64,000 nt of DNA, from NCBI RefSeq assembly GCF_009914755.1, contig NC_060926.1, one strand, 5' to 3'. Positions 51,846 to 64,000 of the stretch are shown piece after piece. The notes under the pieces were generated by a model. The model was given only the letters and a program-made list of their open reading frames with translations, was not told the origin of the DNA and searched no databases. Source of the DNA: the human T2T-CHM13v2.0 reference genome, Homo sapiens. Numbering within the stretch: the first letter of the stretch is position 1; each line of letters opens with the position of its first letter. Position numbers and translations under genes: made by a program.

Positions 51846-52475
51846 CTATGTAACAGATTAGGAAAAGTCAACATTCTGTGACAGCCCAAAATAATTTTTA
51901 AATCCAAATGCCACTGAGATAAAACATTTTATTAAATGTTATACAAACACTTCTTTAGATAAGTATTAAGAGACCTGGCTTATTATTTTTATCTTTAAAA
52001 GTATATTCCACAACTTAAAATTCTAAATATAAAATGCTTACAACCTTAGAATCATACTTTCGGGCTGTCACTGTGAACGCTATCAGCAAGCCTTTGCATG
52101 ATTTTTCTCTTTGCCACTCCTACATTCTCGGTGACGACAACAACTATAGCCTTATCCAGATATTTCGAAGTGCAACAAATTGTATTCAATATAGAGTAAG
52201 GATAAGGAAGAACTCTCTCATTAACTGGTCTCGCGGTGATTACAGTAATAGCTAACATCTATTGAGTACTTACTATGTACTAATCTAAGTATTTTTTACT
52301 CTCAACAATCCCATATAGTAGGTTTTATTATCCTCGTTTGAGATGAGTGTGCTGAGGAATAAAATGGCTAAGTAACTTGTCCAAGGTCGCTTAGCTAGCA
52401 AGCCTGGCTCCAGCGTCCCTGGGTTGGAAGCATATTCTGTACTGCTACATCAGCATGAAAGTTCATTTTTGCTAG

Positions 52476-52778
<303 letters not shown>

Positions 52779-53224
52779 TGAGGATTACAGGAAAGCTGAC
52801 AAAAGGCTTGGTGAAAGCTTTGCTTTAAATAATCTGAATAACAAATACTTGAAATGGAAATAATGTATCTGACTTCTTACACAAGAAATAAACCTATGGG
52901 AAAATGTGTTAAATTCCCTGATAATTTCAGACATTAAGTACCAGAGTATGGTGTTCCCTGCCCCCTCACCCTTGTTCGTACTAATTAATTACTCCTTGAA
53001 AAAACCTGGCACCTACCTAAGTAGATGAATTATGTATATTTAAAATTATCCAGATGCTCAGGAAAATACTTAGGTGTTTCCCTCACCATAAGTTAAATAA
53101 TATGTCATATCTTCAACTGATGTCCCTTATCATAGTTTGAAATGAACTTATTCCCTATTTAGCAGAATGGTTTCCAAGTCAAAAATTTATGAGGATGCTG
53201 TAAGCATAAAATAGAAACACATGA

Positions 53225-53723
<499 letters not shown>

Positions 53724-54629
53724 AAGTTTGTTTTGTTATTAAATTGGTATAAAAGATTTTTGAAAAATTAAGTCAGTGATTAAAAATCAAGACTACAGTA
53801 ATCTCTCAATTTATTTTCTCAAACATGAAATGCTGACCCAGAAAAAAGGTAAGTAAAAATTGGTGGTCTATATTACCAAACTGTCAAATGAGGTATATTT
53901 ATACCTCAATATCTTGGATGATATCAGGGGGAGGTAGGGAGGTTAAAAAATAATAGTTCTTCCAGTCATGAAAGAAAATAAAGTATAATCTAGAATTCCT
54001 TAAAATCCTTGATTAGTCTGAATTAAACAGCCATATTCCAGAATATTAAATATAGAATATGAAGAAAAACTGTCATCTCCAGTCAATGAAGTATTTTAAC
54101 TTTTGAGTTAATACTTTTTCAAATTAATTTTTTTCTCTTCAAAATGCATCACACTACTTAACTCACTTCAAGGACTGGCACAGCCATCAACCAATGTCAT
54201 GGGGGAAAAAGCCTTGTCATTTTAAGGTATTAAACAGACAATGAAATCTGCCACAATTTTGGTATTTCTTCTCCATAAGAACATAATAAATTAATGGAGT
54301 TTTTTCTTTTGCTTTTTTCTAAGCAACAAAGTTTTATGATATCATGAATGAAAAGGTCCTTAATTACCTTTTGGTCTACATGTCAAGGACTTCTCCCTCA
54401 TAAAACCGGTAGTAATCACAACAAAAGGAATTAACCATAAAAAGAGCTATTAAAAATGTATACTTGATTTTTAAATGCAAGCATATTATTTCTTTACATT
54501 AAAATTTTTAGATTTAAAAAGTGTTTCTGGAAGCTCAATCTAGAAAAGAAAGATTTAATTCTTTACACCCAGTAGGGAAAAACAAATCAGACAGAAATGA
54601 TATATGAATGTAAATGCAATTTTATTTAC

Positions 54630-54749
54630 CACTTTGATGCTCCAAATGGCACTGCCAGGAAGCTGCCTGGGTTTAAAAATTTCCCGACCTCCTGAAATGT
54701 CTGGGGACCAGGAAGGTGGGCTCACTGTATTATGGGTACTCCAAGCCTC
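54630..54749 (-). pseudogene. KMT2CP: KMT2C-like exon ~15 (120 bp)
   Basis: EAWSTHNTVSPPSWSPDISGGREIFKPRQLPGSAIWSIKV; AG and GTAAAT intact. Confidence 0.92.
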
Positions 54750-55949
54750 CTAGGATATGGCAGTTGAGAAAATAGATGTGTAAAACTCAGCAACATAAAA
54801 GGTCAAAGCCAGCAACTAAGGAATTTTAGAACAGCAAAAACAAATGCAAACATATGGAAATTTAGGACAAATTGCTTCAAGGAAGGCAAAATAAGCTAAT
54901 CACTAACAGTGATTTAAACATTTAAGTATAACAAATAACTTAAATGTTTGCTGCTACAGAGACATCACTACAATGAAACATTAAACATTAAGGTTTATAT
55001 GACATCAACATTGACTCATGAACTGCAATTACTGCACCAAAAAGTAAATAAAAGTCAATCACACTTTAAGAATTAACACTAGAAGAAAGTATTGGGGGGT
55101 TATTTTACTTCTAACAACTATCACTCTACTTAAAAGGAGAAATGGATAACCATAAGGAATTCTATATTCTATAGCTATAAACAACCAAAATCAGTAGGCC
55201 AAAGAATGCAATGAGAAACATAAGCAATCGATAAATGCATAAACTTTACACTGTAGAGAGCTGGTAACATTAAAATGCAAATACCATTATAATCTTAGCA
55301 TTTAATCACTCTTTCTTCAGTGACCATTAGTTGTCGGTTTGGTTTCGGTTTTTACTTAGGGAAATGAATACTTTATGGAAATTACATCCAATGGACAAAA
55401 GTGAAGAAACGTTAAAGCAAATTGTCCTAAATTTGCAAATTAAAATGCCTAAAGTACCTGATAAATTATATAGAAAGTAGTATCTTATTAAAATCTATAT
55501 AACTAATACTAAAGCATTTTACTTCCAAACAACCACATTCAGCAATACCCTGAACTAATCTGAAGATGCTAAACAGCATAAAGAAAAATGTTTACTCCAC
55601 AAAGATAACATTTTAAAGAAAAACAAGACAAATGTCAAACAATAAAAGAATATATTTTGAATTAGGTAATTTAATGGTGCATGCATAATTTTACCAATCA
55701 AGTAACCAAAACTTAAGACAAGGTACATAGTACTTACCAGGTTTCTAGAATATCATCAAATTAACAAGTACTATCTCATTAATCACATAAAAATACCACC
55801 AGGAATTAAAATAACCAGAAATAAGAATGTGACTACTCTTGGGGTAAGAGATAGGTAATGGAATAACAGTATTTTGGAAAAGCCACACAAGCAACAGACT
55901 GGTTTTATTTTTAAGTCACAAACTCAACCCACACACATTGAAGTCCAGC

Positions 55950-57090
55950 AATCCAACTCATTCTCTCCAGCAAACACTTTATTTTTTTCCCCCTCCAGGA
56001 TTACCCTCAGGTGTTCTTTCTTACCCATCAAATCTCTAACCTAGCTCAGGTAATCACTATGCTGATTTCACTGAGCAGCAACCACTGCAGGTCAATTACC
56101 TCACTTTCATAATTTCAAATCAACTTGAATCTGTACCTATGTCTTCTTCCCTACTATTAGTAGGGAAGTGTTGTCAAAAGCCATTTCTCCTTTCTCATTT
56201 TACTCATGCTCCTAACATCTGGCATACTGTTCTGCTGGATTTGGCAGCAGCCCACCTGTGGATATTTCACTGACTTCCTCGCTAATCTTTCTTCATCTCC
56301 TGTACGTGTTCTTCCTCTATTTGACTTCCAAAGCCCTGGAGTTTCCCAGGGCTTGAGCCTAGATCCTAAATGGTGTTATCTACAATGAGGGCATCTTGGA
56401 AGTTGATGCTTCCCACATTCTTATTTCTAGTTTTAATCAAAGATCTCCAAATTAGCAGGATTTTCAACTTCCTTCTTAGCATTTCCATTTTCTCACATAA
56501 AACCCCTCTTAATTTTGCCATGTTTAAAATTTCTCCCTTAACCGGTTTCATCCCAGTCTTCCCCATCCTTATAAATGGCATCCAGTCCCTTGTCACTCTC
56601 CTCTGCTCCTTCAGTCCTCTCCCCCAACACCTCGTCAATGCAAATCATCAGCAAATTCAAGACTTTTTATCTTCAAGTTTTGTCTCCGATCCTTCTACTT
56701 CTTGTCACTTCCACCACTAGCAGCCCACTCGTGGCCACCACCATCTCTCACCTAACCTGCTACAAGAGTCTACTGCTGGTTAAGCTTCTCCCACCCTGCG
56801 TCTACTCAAGCCTTTCCCCACAGCAGCCAGAGGAACTTTTCAAAAGTACAAATGTGATCAAGCAAGTCACTATTCTATTTCAAATCTTCAATTGCTTCTC
56901 AGAGCACTTAAAAGACAAACCTTTCCCAGTGCCTTTCTCCAGCTCATCTTGTGGCACTTGTCTCCCTGCTGCTATGCTCCAGCTATTCTGGCTTCCTTGC
57001 TGTCCTTCAAACATGCCAAGCTCTTTATCAATCAGAGCCCAGCTGACTCAGAACACTTCACTATACCATTCCAGCCCTTCAATAAATGTC
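55950..57090. mobile_element. L2 LINE fragments
   Basis: Pyrimidine-rich L2-like motifs (CCATCCTTATAAATGGCATC, CCACCATCTCTCACCT, CCCCACAGCAGCCAGAG). Confidence 0.6.
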
Positions 57091-57096
57091 TGGCAT

Positions 57097-57400
57097 TTTC
57101 TTTCTTTCTTTTTTTTTGAGATGGAGTCTCGCTCTGTCACCCAGGCTAGAGTGCGGTGGTGCGATCTCGGCTCACTGCAACCTCTACCTCCCAGGTTCAA
57201 GCAATTCTCTTGCCTCAAGCCTCCTGAGTAGCTGGGATTACAGGCATGCGCCACCACGCCCGGCTAATTTTTGTATTTTTAGTAGAGAAAGGTTGTCTCC
57301 AAGTTGCTCAGGCTGGTCTCCAACTCCCGACCTCAAGTGATCTGCCCACCTTAGCCTCCCAAAGTGCTGGGATTACAGGTGTGAACCACTGTGCCGGGCC
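57097..57400 (-). mobile_element. AluS
   Basis: Dimeric Alu. Confidence 0.93.
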
Positions 57401-57849
57401 AATATTATTTTTTTAAGAAAATACTAATAAAAAGGAACAATTGATATTAAATAAAATTTAACTATTGACTATAAATATATGTTTCAAGAGATTTGAGTGA
57501 AAATACCATTCTACGTTAAAATAAAAAATATAACATTCGATAAATATAGTAATAACATGTTCTCAAAGGTTCAAAGGGCTAAAGCTAATGAGAAAAAGTT
57601 AAATATAAACATCTTACAATTTACCTAATTACTTGAAATAGAAACTTATGTTCATTCCTGTATTTCTCCATTTTTCCAATTTCTAATGTCTACTTCTTTC
57701 CATTTTGTATTTTCTTGTATTGAGGCAATTTAAAGAGGATATGCCAGGTCTTCAGAAAGCCAAGAACTGAACATAAGCACTCTGGAACCTATCTGAACTT
57801 AATTTTGTCCAAGATTTTTTTAATGGTTGAAAATTGGCTCAACTGGGGA

Positions 57850-58135
57850 TACTAAGAGGAAATATCAGGGGCAAAGGGGATTTGGGTTAAACAGATCGAA
57901 CAGGATTCTTATTGAAGGCAGGCCAGACTGATCAGAAATCATCTGGAGGGCGGTGGGAGATAACAAATTTGATCAGATATCAAAGGTGATCAGTACTGAG
58001 AGTGGGGGATTCTTTGCAAGTTTCTTCCTAAACCTGAGAGATGTGGGCCAGACTAGGATGAACACTGAAGGCTGAGGCTGAGAGGTGGCTTAGAGGATCC
58101 CGACTAGAGTTTGGGCAAGGGGAGAGGCTTTGTCA
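57850..58135 (-). mobile_element. ERV1-class LTR fragment (MER67-like)
   Basis: The minus strand begins TGACAAAGCCTCTCCCCTTGCCCAAACTCTAGTCGGG, which resembles MER67-group LTR starts. Confidence 0.5.
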
Positions 58136-59357
58136 ATGCAAACATGCATTCAGCAATATTACCAAGTACAGATGCATGCACATAAAAATACTGAAAGGAA
58201 ATATAAGAAAATGTTTAAAAATTTTTAGTGGCTTATTTATTTTATGTAATTTAAATATATGTATATATAAAATTAAGGTGTACTTTGAACACATACTAAC
58301 ACATTCAAAGAATTAAGTATACGTTTGATAATACATAATAGTTACAAAATAAGCAAGGTCTTCATGCAAACGAGTTTAGAATTTCCAGGGTTTATTACTT
58401 AGCATTTGATCAGCAGGCCTGTAACTTCTTCTGCTGCCCATTCATTGCCCATTTTATTAAAAATTCCTCAAGTGGATGCATTGGAATGGAAGAAACACTG
58501 ACTCTTTCCTTCAAAGAAGGAAACAACAAACCTTGTTTGACAACCCTGGTCAAACAAGACAAGGGCCAAGTGGCCAGTGGTAAGGAAAGTTGGTCAAACT
58601 AATGAATGACATTTTAGATTAAAAGTGAATTTTATTTAACCCAATTATTCTTATCCTATGCACACAAATTTGAATTTAAGTTAGCTTGATGTAGATGGTC
58701 ACCCCATTCCAAAGCATGGGTCCAAATACCCTAAGGTTCCAGGAGGAGCCAGCTTTCTTCAGAAGGTGGCAAGTGCATTGCAAAGTACTGAGGAAAACTT
58801 TCTTTAAAGTGTCTTTTTTCATCATTCCATATTTTGCTCCTTATAATTGCAACTGCTCTCCTTATACGTCTCTTTTGAAACTTCTCACTTGTCTAAGGTG
58901 CTATTGTTCCTCCTCATCTTTTTTTTTTTAATAGCTCAGTCTCTCTCCCTCCTTGCCATGCTGAAAAGGCTTCTGACTTGCTGTTCTTGCCAGGAAACAT
59001 TTCTGCAGGGCGTATTCGAGTGGAACTACTTACAGAGTGTCAGGGCAAGTCCTTACATTTGTTTATGCTTAGGACACAACACAGAAGATAATTTTCTAAG
59101 TTAAAGATTGTATGATTTTATCTTGACTTCAGAAACTGGTCATACTTTTTTACTTTAGTTTCTAAGAACCTCAGAGCTGAACTTGAAACAACTTTAATAA
59201 TTCCAATGAGACATTTGTTATTTATCCTTTTTAAAAAAGACTTTTCTAATTTAAATAATGTTATTATTGCTCTAAATTTGCCAGGTTCATTTTAGAATTT
59301 TATAAACTGTTTTAAAACTAATTTACATTAAGTTGGAATAAAGTTAACCAAATTAAT

Positions 59358-59598
59358 ACAAACATATTTTATTGCACTTCTCTTTATTGTGCTTCACAGA
59401 TAGGAACATTTTTTCTTTATTTACAAATGAGATGTTTGTGACAACCCTGGTGAAGCAAGTCTATTGGTGCCATTTAACAAACAGCCTGTGCTCACTTTGT
59501 GTCTTGGTTTCACACTTTGGTAATCTTCACAATTTTTAAAATATTTCCTTATTATTATATTCGTTACGGTGATCTGTGATCAGTGATCATTAATGTTA
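59358..59598. mobile_element. Tigger1 terminal fragment
   Basis: TTTTATTGCACTTCTCTTTATTGTGCTTCACAGATA..GTGACAACCCTG..GCAAGTCTATTGGTGCCATTT..GTGATCTGTGATCAGTGATC. Confidence 0.8.
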
Positions 59599-59599
59599 T

Positions 59600-59690
59600 G
59601 GGAGGCGGAGTTTGCAGTGAGCAGAGATCACGCCAGTGCACTCCAACCTGGGCAACAGAGTGAGACTCCGTCTCAAAAAAAAAAAAAAAG
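59600..59690 (+). mobile_element. Alu 3' fragment
   Basis: GGGAGGCGGAGTTTGCAGTGAGC..GAGACTCCGTCTC plus poly(A). Confidence 0.9.
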
Positions 59691-62280
59691 GAGTTTTTAT
59701 ATGTAGGGTACAAAATACTATCTGACCTTAGGGTGTGTGCAAATTTTTCTGAATTAATTAAGACTTAAATATCAACAGGAGTGATTGTTTTTGTCACAAT
59801 CACCAGGTGGGTGATCTGATACTTTCCCCTGAAAAATGCATATACAAAATTTTCACATAATTTAAAAACATCCACAGATGCATAGCTATGGATTCAGTTT
59901 ATGGATCAAGAATTCAACTCCTCAGAAGTAAAAGATTACATGAGAAAGTATCTGATATTGAGGTGACAAGGAATAATGTTGAAATGTATCTCATTAAAAA
60001 GTGCAGACAGTTGTGGCTAAGACATTGGGTATTACAGAGGTGCATCCATGTGTCCAGTGAGAAGACTTTAAGAATCTGTTTGGGAATAATGAGAACATGA
60101 GCATTCTCCTCCCTACCTCTAGCACTCCCCTCCTGCTATTTGGGTATTGTGAATTTACCAAACACAGTGATTTAGGTCACTTTTATTATTTCAGAAATTC
60201 CAGATACCTTACTACTTATATAAAATAGCCCTTGAAAGGATGCTTACCATTAAATAATGTCTAATACAAAGAAAAGACAAATGTATGTGATCTGTAGTGC
60301 ATAGTTATAATACAATCTGAATACTACATTTAAATTTTTCACTCCACTTTCCAAGAAATAAAGCATTGATTCTAAATATATTCTCTATTTGTCAAAACAA
60401 ATAGAAACTCTCTAGTGTTTCATTTATAAAAGAAATTAATCAATGGTGTCTCTAAGTTAATTTTTTACTTCTTTTCCCCATATCATTTTTATATTATGTA
60501 AGAGAGCATATTTTTCTACTCTACCCTGGAATTAATAAACAAAAAATAAGGTATGATATTTAACCTAGGGCTACCACATTTTTTTCAGTGTATTTAGTAG
60601 GTTCTCCTAAATCTGGAAAAGAAAACTTCAAATATAAACATAACCAAACTAAAATAACACCTTTTTTCTTCTATTTACTTTATTTCTTGAACTCAGTGAT
60701 GTAATATGTCTTCATCTGCCTCTGAGAATACACTTAAAACTACAGAAGCAAATTAACATTTTCCCAATTCACATGTAGTGCAATATTTAAGATTTCATCT
60801 AATTGAACACGTGTTGGATCAAATTTATAATACTAAAAGCACTCTTCTACATACTGCAATGTCTAGATGGAAGACAAGCTAGTCAGGTGGCAGAGTGAAC
60901 ATCATTCTGGTAGGCCTTTTCAAGCTGTCACTTGCAAGATGTTTGGACTGCTGAGAATGTTAGCCATAATTAATTGCAGACATAGGAGGCTGCAAATGGG
61001 TGAGGTAATGTTCAAATGCATGGAATGATGACTAGTCATAGTAAAAGATAATAGATGTGGCCACATTGCTTTGAGAAAATTTAGAGAATATTTTGGGTCA
61101 CAATGATACATTTCTGCATTATTTGTGGAATGTTTTCAATGTAATTACATCACACAGGTAGACTTCCAGATCCTGTGTCTAACTTACTTTCCTTGGCTCT
61201 GTGGGAGAACACATATTCTAATGAAGTTCATTTTAAGGCAAATATTTCTTGAAAATACAAAACTGATAGATATATGTATGCAGGTTTCCTTCTTATACGT
61301 CTTTTATAAACAATGAAGTTGTATTTCTCTTTTAGTGTTTAATGTGTTTCATCAGATAATGCCCTAGAAGTTTTATCAAATTTTTCTGTCTACCATTTGA
61401 AGGTGTATGAGAGGGAAAAAATGCAGTCTGCCTGCTTCACTAACAAAAGTAGGACAAAGGCCATCACAACTGAAATATGTGAAACACTTGGTTTTATGAA
61501 TTTCAAGCATTTTATATCTCTACATTTGGACTTGAGTAAAGACATTTCATAGAAAAACTGAAATATTTTTATTTGTTTATTTTTTAATCTTGATAACCTG
61601 CAATAGTTTACAGCCAGAATGGCAGCTTTTATATATGTACACTCATTTAAATACAGTTTCATACCGTAAATAGCCATGGGGCAAAATATCTGCCTCTAGG
61701 CACAAAAAAAAAAATCTTTGCCGCTAAATAAACACCTTTAAGTGATACTGCAAAGAATAGATATGAGGTAATTTTTTACCTAAATGACTCTGGCCTGTAT
61801 TAAGACATATTCACTGTAACAATTCAAGTTTTAAAATCCTTGTTTTGTAACTCAAAAATATATCTTTTTTACAAAACACATCTTTACATTTATTGCTATT
61901 GTACATTTATTTGGCAGGAAACAGGGATGTTTGATGTCTTGCAATGATAAAGCAATCATATTCAATAGAAAATTGTCTCACATTCTGCAAGACTTTTGGA
62001 CATTCTATAAGACAATCACATAAGTGAAAAACAAATTTGTAGATATTTGAGTACAACCATTTAATATATGAATAAAAGCAGTTCAGAACATTTTAATGTA
62101 CACTGCATTTTCTGATAGTAAGATTTTAGGTTAAAATAAGATTATACTTCAAAAAGTGTACCATTTTGAAAAAAAATCATGTCACTGCTGGCAATGCCAT
62201 TTTCATACTAGTCCAACATATTGCTTATCCATCTGTGTTTGTTTGATTTTACTGTTATTACTTTCATGGTAATGCTAAAG

Positions 62281-62321
<41 letters not shown>
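62281..62321. repeat. (TACA)n(CA)n microsatellite
   Basis: Seen directly. Confidence 0.92.
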
Positions 62322-62344
62322 CCCTAAGGTGTGCAGGCTTTCAT

Positions 62345-62780
62345 CCAAGCTTGCTGGTATTAATTAAAAATCAACCAGAGGTAGGGAAAAATAAAACTTA
62401 TTCAAAAATACTATTGCAATAGGGAGAATATTCCAAACTCAATCTACAGGTGTCTCAGGATCAAACAGGAAAAGGCTTTCCTTTTCTAGGGAAGGACAAG
62501 CAGGGCTGGCAGAAGCCTCCTTGGAGAGAAGGACAGGCAGTGGGGTGAGCAGGTGGCAAAACCAGGATGCTCCAATAAAAATAGTTTCTCTGGGAGTCCC
62601 GCTCATTTTTGGAGTGAGCTGTTAGCGGGCTGGTCTGTCCTTTAGTGCTTGTTCAGTCTTAGGTGGTGAGCCAAGGTCCAGGGGCCTGAGGAGAGGAGAC
62701 AAGACTGTCTGAAGTTTGATAAAATCAAGTCAATGGGTAGTTATGAGTAATTGTGAGCAATTGATCAGCTTTGGGCTCAG
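62345..62780 (-). mobile_element. Probable ERV LTR fragment (MER31/67-like)
   Basis: AAAATACTATTGCAATAGGGAGA and AAGTTTGATAAAATCAAG motifs; family uncertain. Confidence 0.4.
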
Positions 62781-63042
62781 CACACACCCCACCTTTGTTG
62801 TTTACCACAAACAAAACTTGTCCCTAAAAATTTTTAGGAATGGCATCAGATATAGCGAAGGTTTGCAAACTGATTTTCAGGGTTGGGCTGGTCTTCATGT
62901 GTTTGTTAACCTTGAGGACTAGGTATATCATTTGTTAAGTGTGTTATTGGACTGACAGCTGCTCTCTATGAAAAGTAGAATAATCATTGAATATAATAAA
63001 AAGAATAATCATTGAAGGTTGGATAAAGAGGTCCGCGGAGCG

Positions 63043-64000
63043 ATGGGCGAGTACGCGGGTGCCACACGCTCCTCGCCTTCTGCTGCCTGCAACTGGTGGC
63101 AGCGCTGGAGCAGCAGATCTTTGACTTCCAGGGCCGCCTACCAGTGAGCTCCCACCCTAGCCAATTTCCTGCGCCTCGTGGCGCTCACCCTGGGCATCGT
63201 GGGCACCGCAGTGTGGCTGACGCTCCGGGCTGGCCTGAGTGCGTTTATCACCTGCTTCTACCCGAAGGCTGGACCCAATATCCCCAGACCGCGACTTCCC
63301 CACAGCGTCCAAATGCCCCTGTACCGATCCAGGGATGGAGAATCGCCGGGCAGCGGGCGACTCCGGTTCTGAGCTTCCCCTGGCCATGGGGGGCTGCCGT
63401 GCAGTCTTGTCCCTGGCTGCCTGCTGCACTGTCCCTGCAAAGAAGCCCTCAGCAGCGCCCGCAGATCCTCCTGGCGCTGCTCCGCTTCCTGTTCGCCAGC
63501 TATGGGAGCAAAGTCTTCCTGAAGGAGGAGGCAGCTTTGACTTCATCAGCGGCTTCCACTCCTAGGGATGCCAGGCGCCCCAGAAGACGTCACGTTGACA
63601 CCAGCAGCCTCTATGCGCTTCGGGTAGCCCTGCCCCGCCTGCCCTGGCCCTGTTCCCTTGGCGCTGGACTGACCTCGGCAGCCGCGATCTTGGTCAGGAC
63701 CAGCAGGCACAGCCCTGGGGGCTCGGGACCCACTGCAGCCTGTGAAGGCCCCATGGCTCTGCACACAGAGAGGCGGAGCAGCAGACTTTGGGACTTGGCC
63801 CCTCACAACCAGGACTTCAGAGAGGATTGGGGCGGGTAAGGGAGGGGCCACGGAGTCCGCATTTTAAAAAATTTCAGACTTAGTGTGAGCTGGAGCTTTT
63901 CTCCCTTCTCCAGCCTCTTCCTTTCACCCTTCACTCAGCATCCCGCCCCTGTCCAGAGAGAAACAGCAGGAGGGCTTGCCCTTTCTATCTCACCGCACTC
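63043..64000 (+). pseudogene. NKAIN1P: NKAIN1 (Na+/K+-ATPase-interacting 1) processed pseudogene; decayed CDS 63043-63627, then probable 3'UTR-derived sequence to the window edge
   Basis: Intronless [99 protein letters not shown] matches NKAIN1 ([34 protein letters not shown]..). Contains frameshifts, a W-to-TGA change and an internal deletion. Confidence 0.9.

Noticed and set aside
56575-57231. 218-aa Ser/Leu-rich ORF
   Set aside because: It lies in L2 remnants and ends in an antisense Alu; no domain signal.
60870-60920. Y-RNA-like motif (AAGCTAGTCAGGTGGCAG)
   Set aside because: The match is too short and no complementary stem or rest of a Y RNA is visible.
63096-63839. 247-aa ORF as a novel gene
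   Set aside because: It starts at GTG and wanders in and out of the NKAIN1 frame through frameshifts; it is a pseudogene by-product.

Overview
Human (hominid) genomic DNA. The window looks like a pericentromeric segmental-duplication mosaic and contains no intact protein-coding gene. From left to right it holds: (1) an interstitial subtelomeric block, TAR1 plus degenerate TTAGGG, joined to a truncated old L1; (2) a block carrying a non-processed dopamine D5 receptor pseudogene (minus strand, 24382-25825) with its CpG island and a 5S rRNA pseudogene; (3) a KMT2C/MLL3 partial duplicate with nine exons (about exons 15-23, PHD-finger region, minus strand, 36421-54749) and its introns; (4) an NKAIN1 processed pseudogene (plus strand, from 63043). 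This combination fits the DRD5P1 locus at 2p11.1 or its DRD5P2 paralog at 1q21; I cannot separate the two with certainty. The rest is Alu, L1, L2, MIR, MaLR LTR and DNA-transposon sequence. I found no wholly new biological system. The best leads are a CpG-rich candidate phase-0 exon with an ATG upstream of KMT2C exon 16, which would open a ~185-aa tandem-PHD reading frame ending just after the last zinc ligand, and several readable rearrangement junctions. Parent-gene comparisons and repeat subfamily names come from memory, not from database searches.
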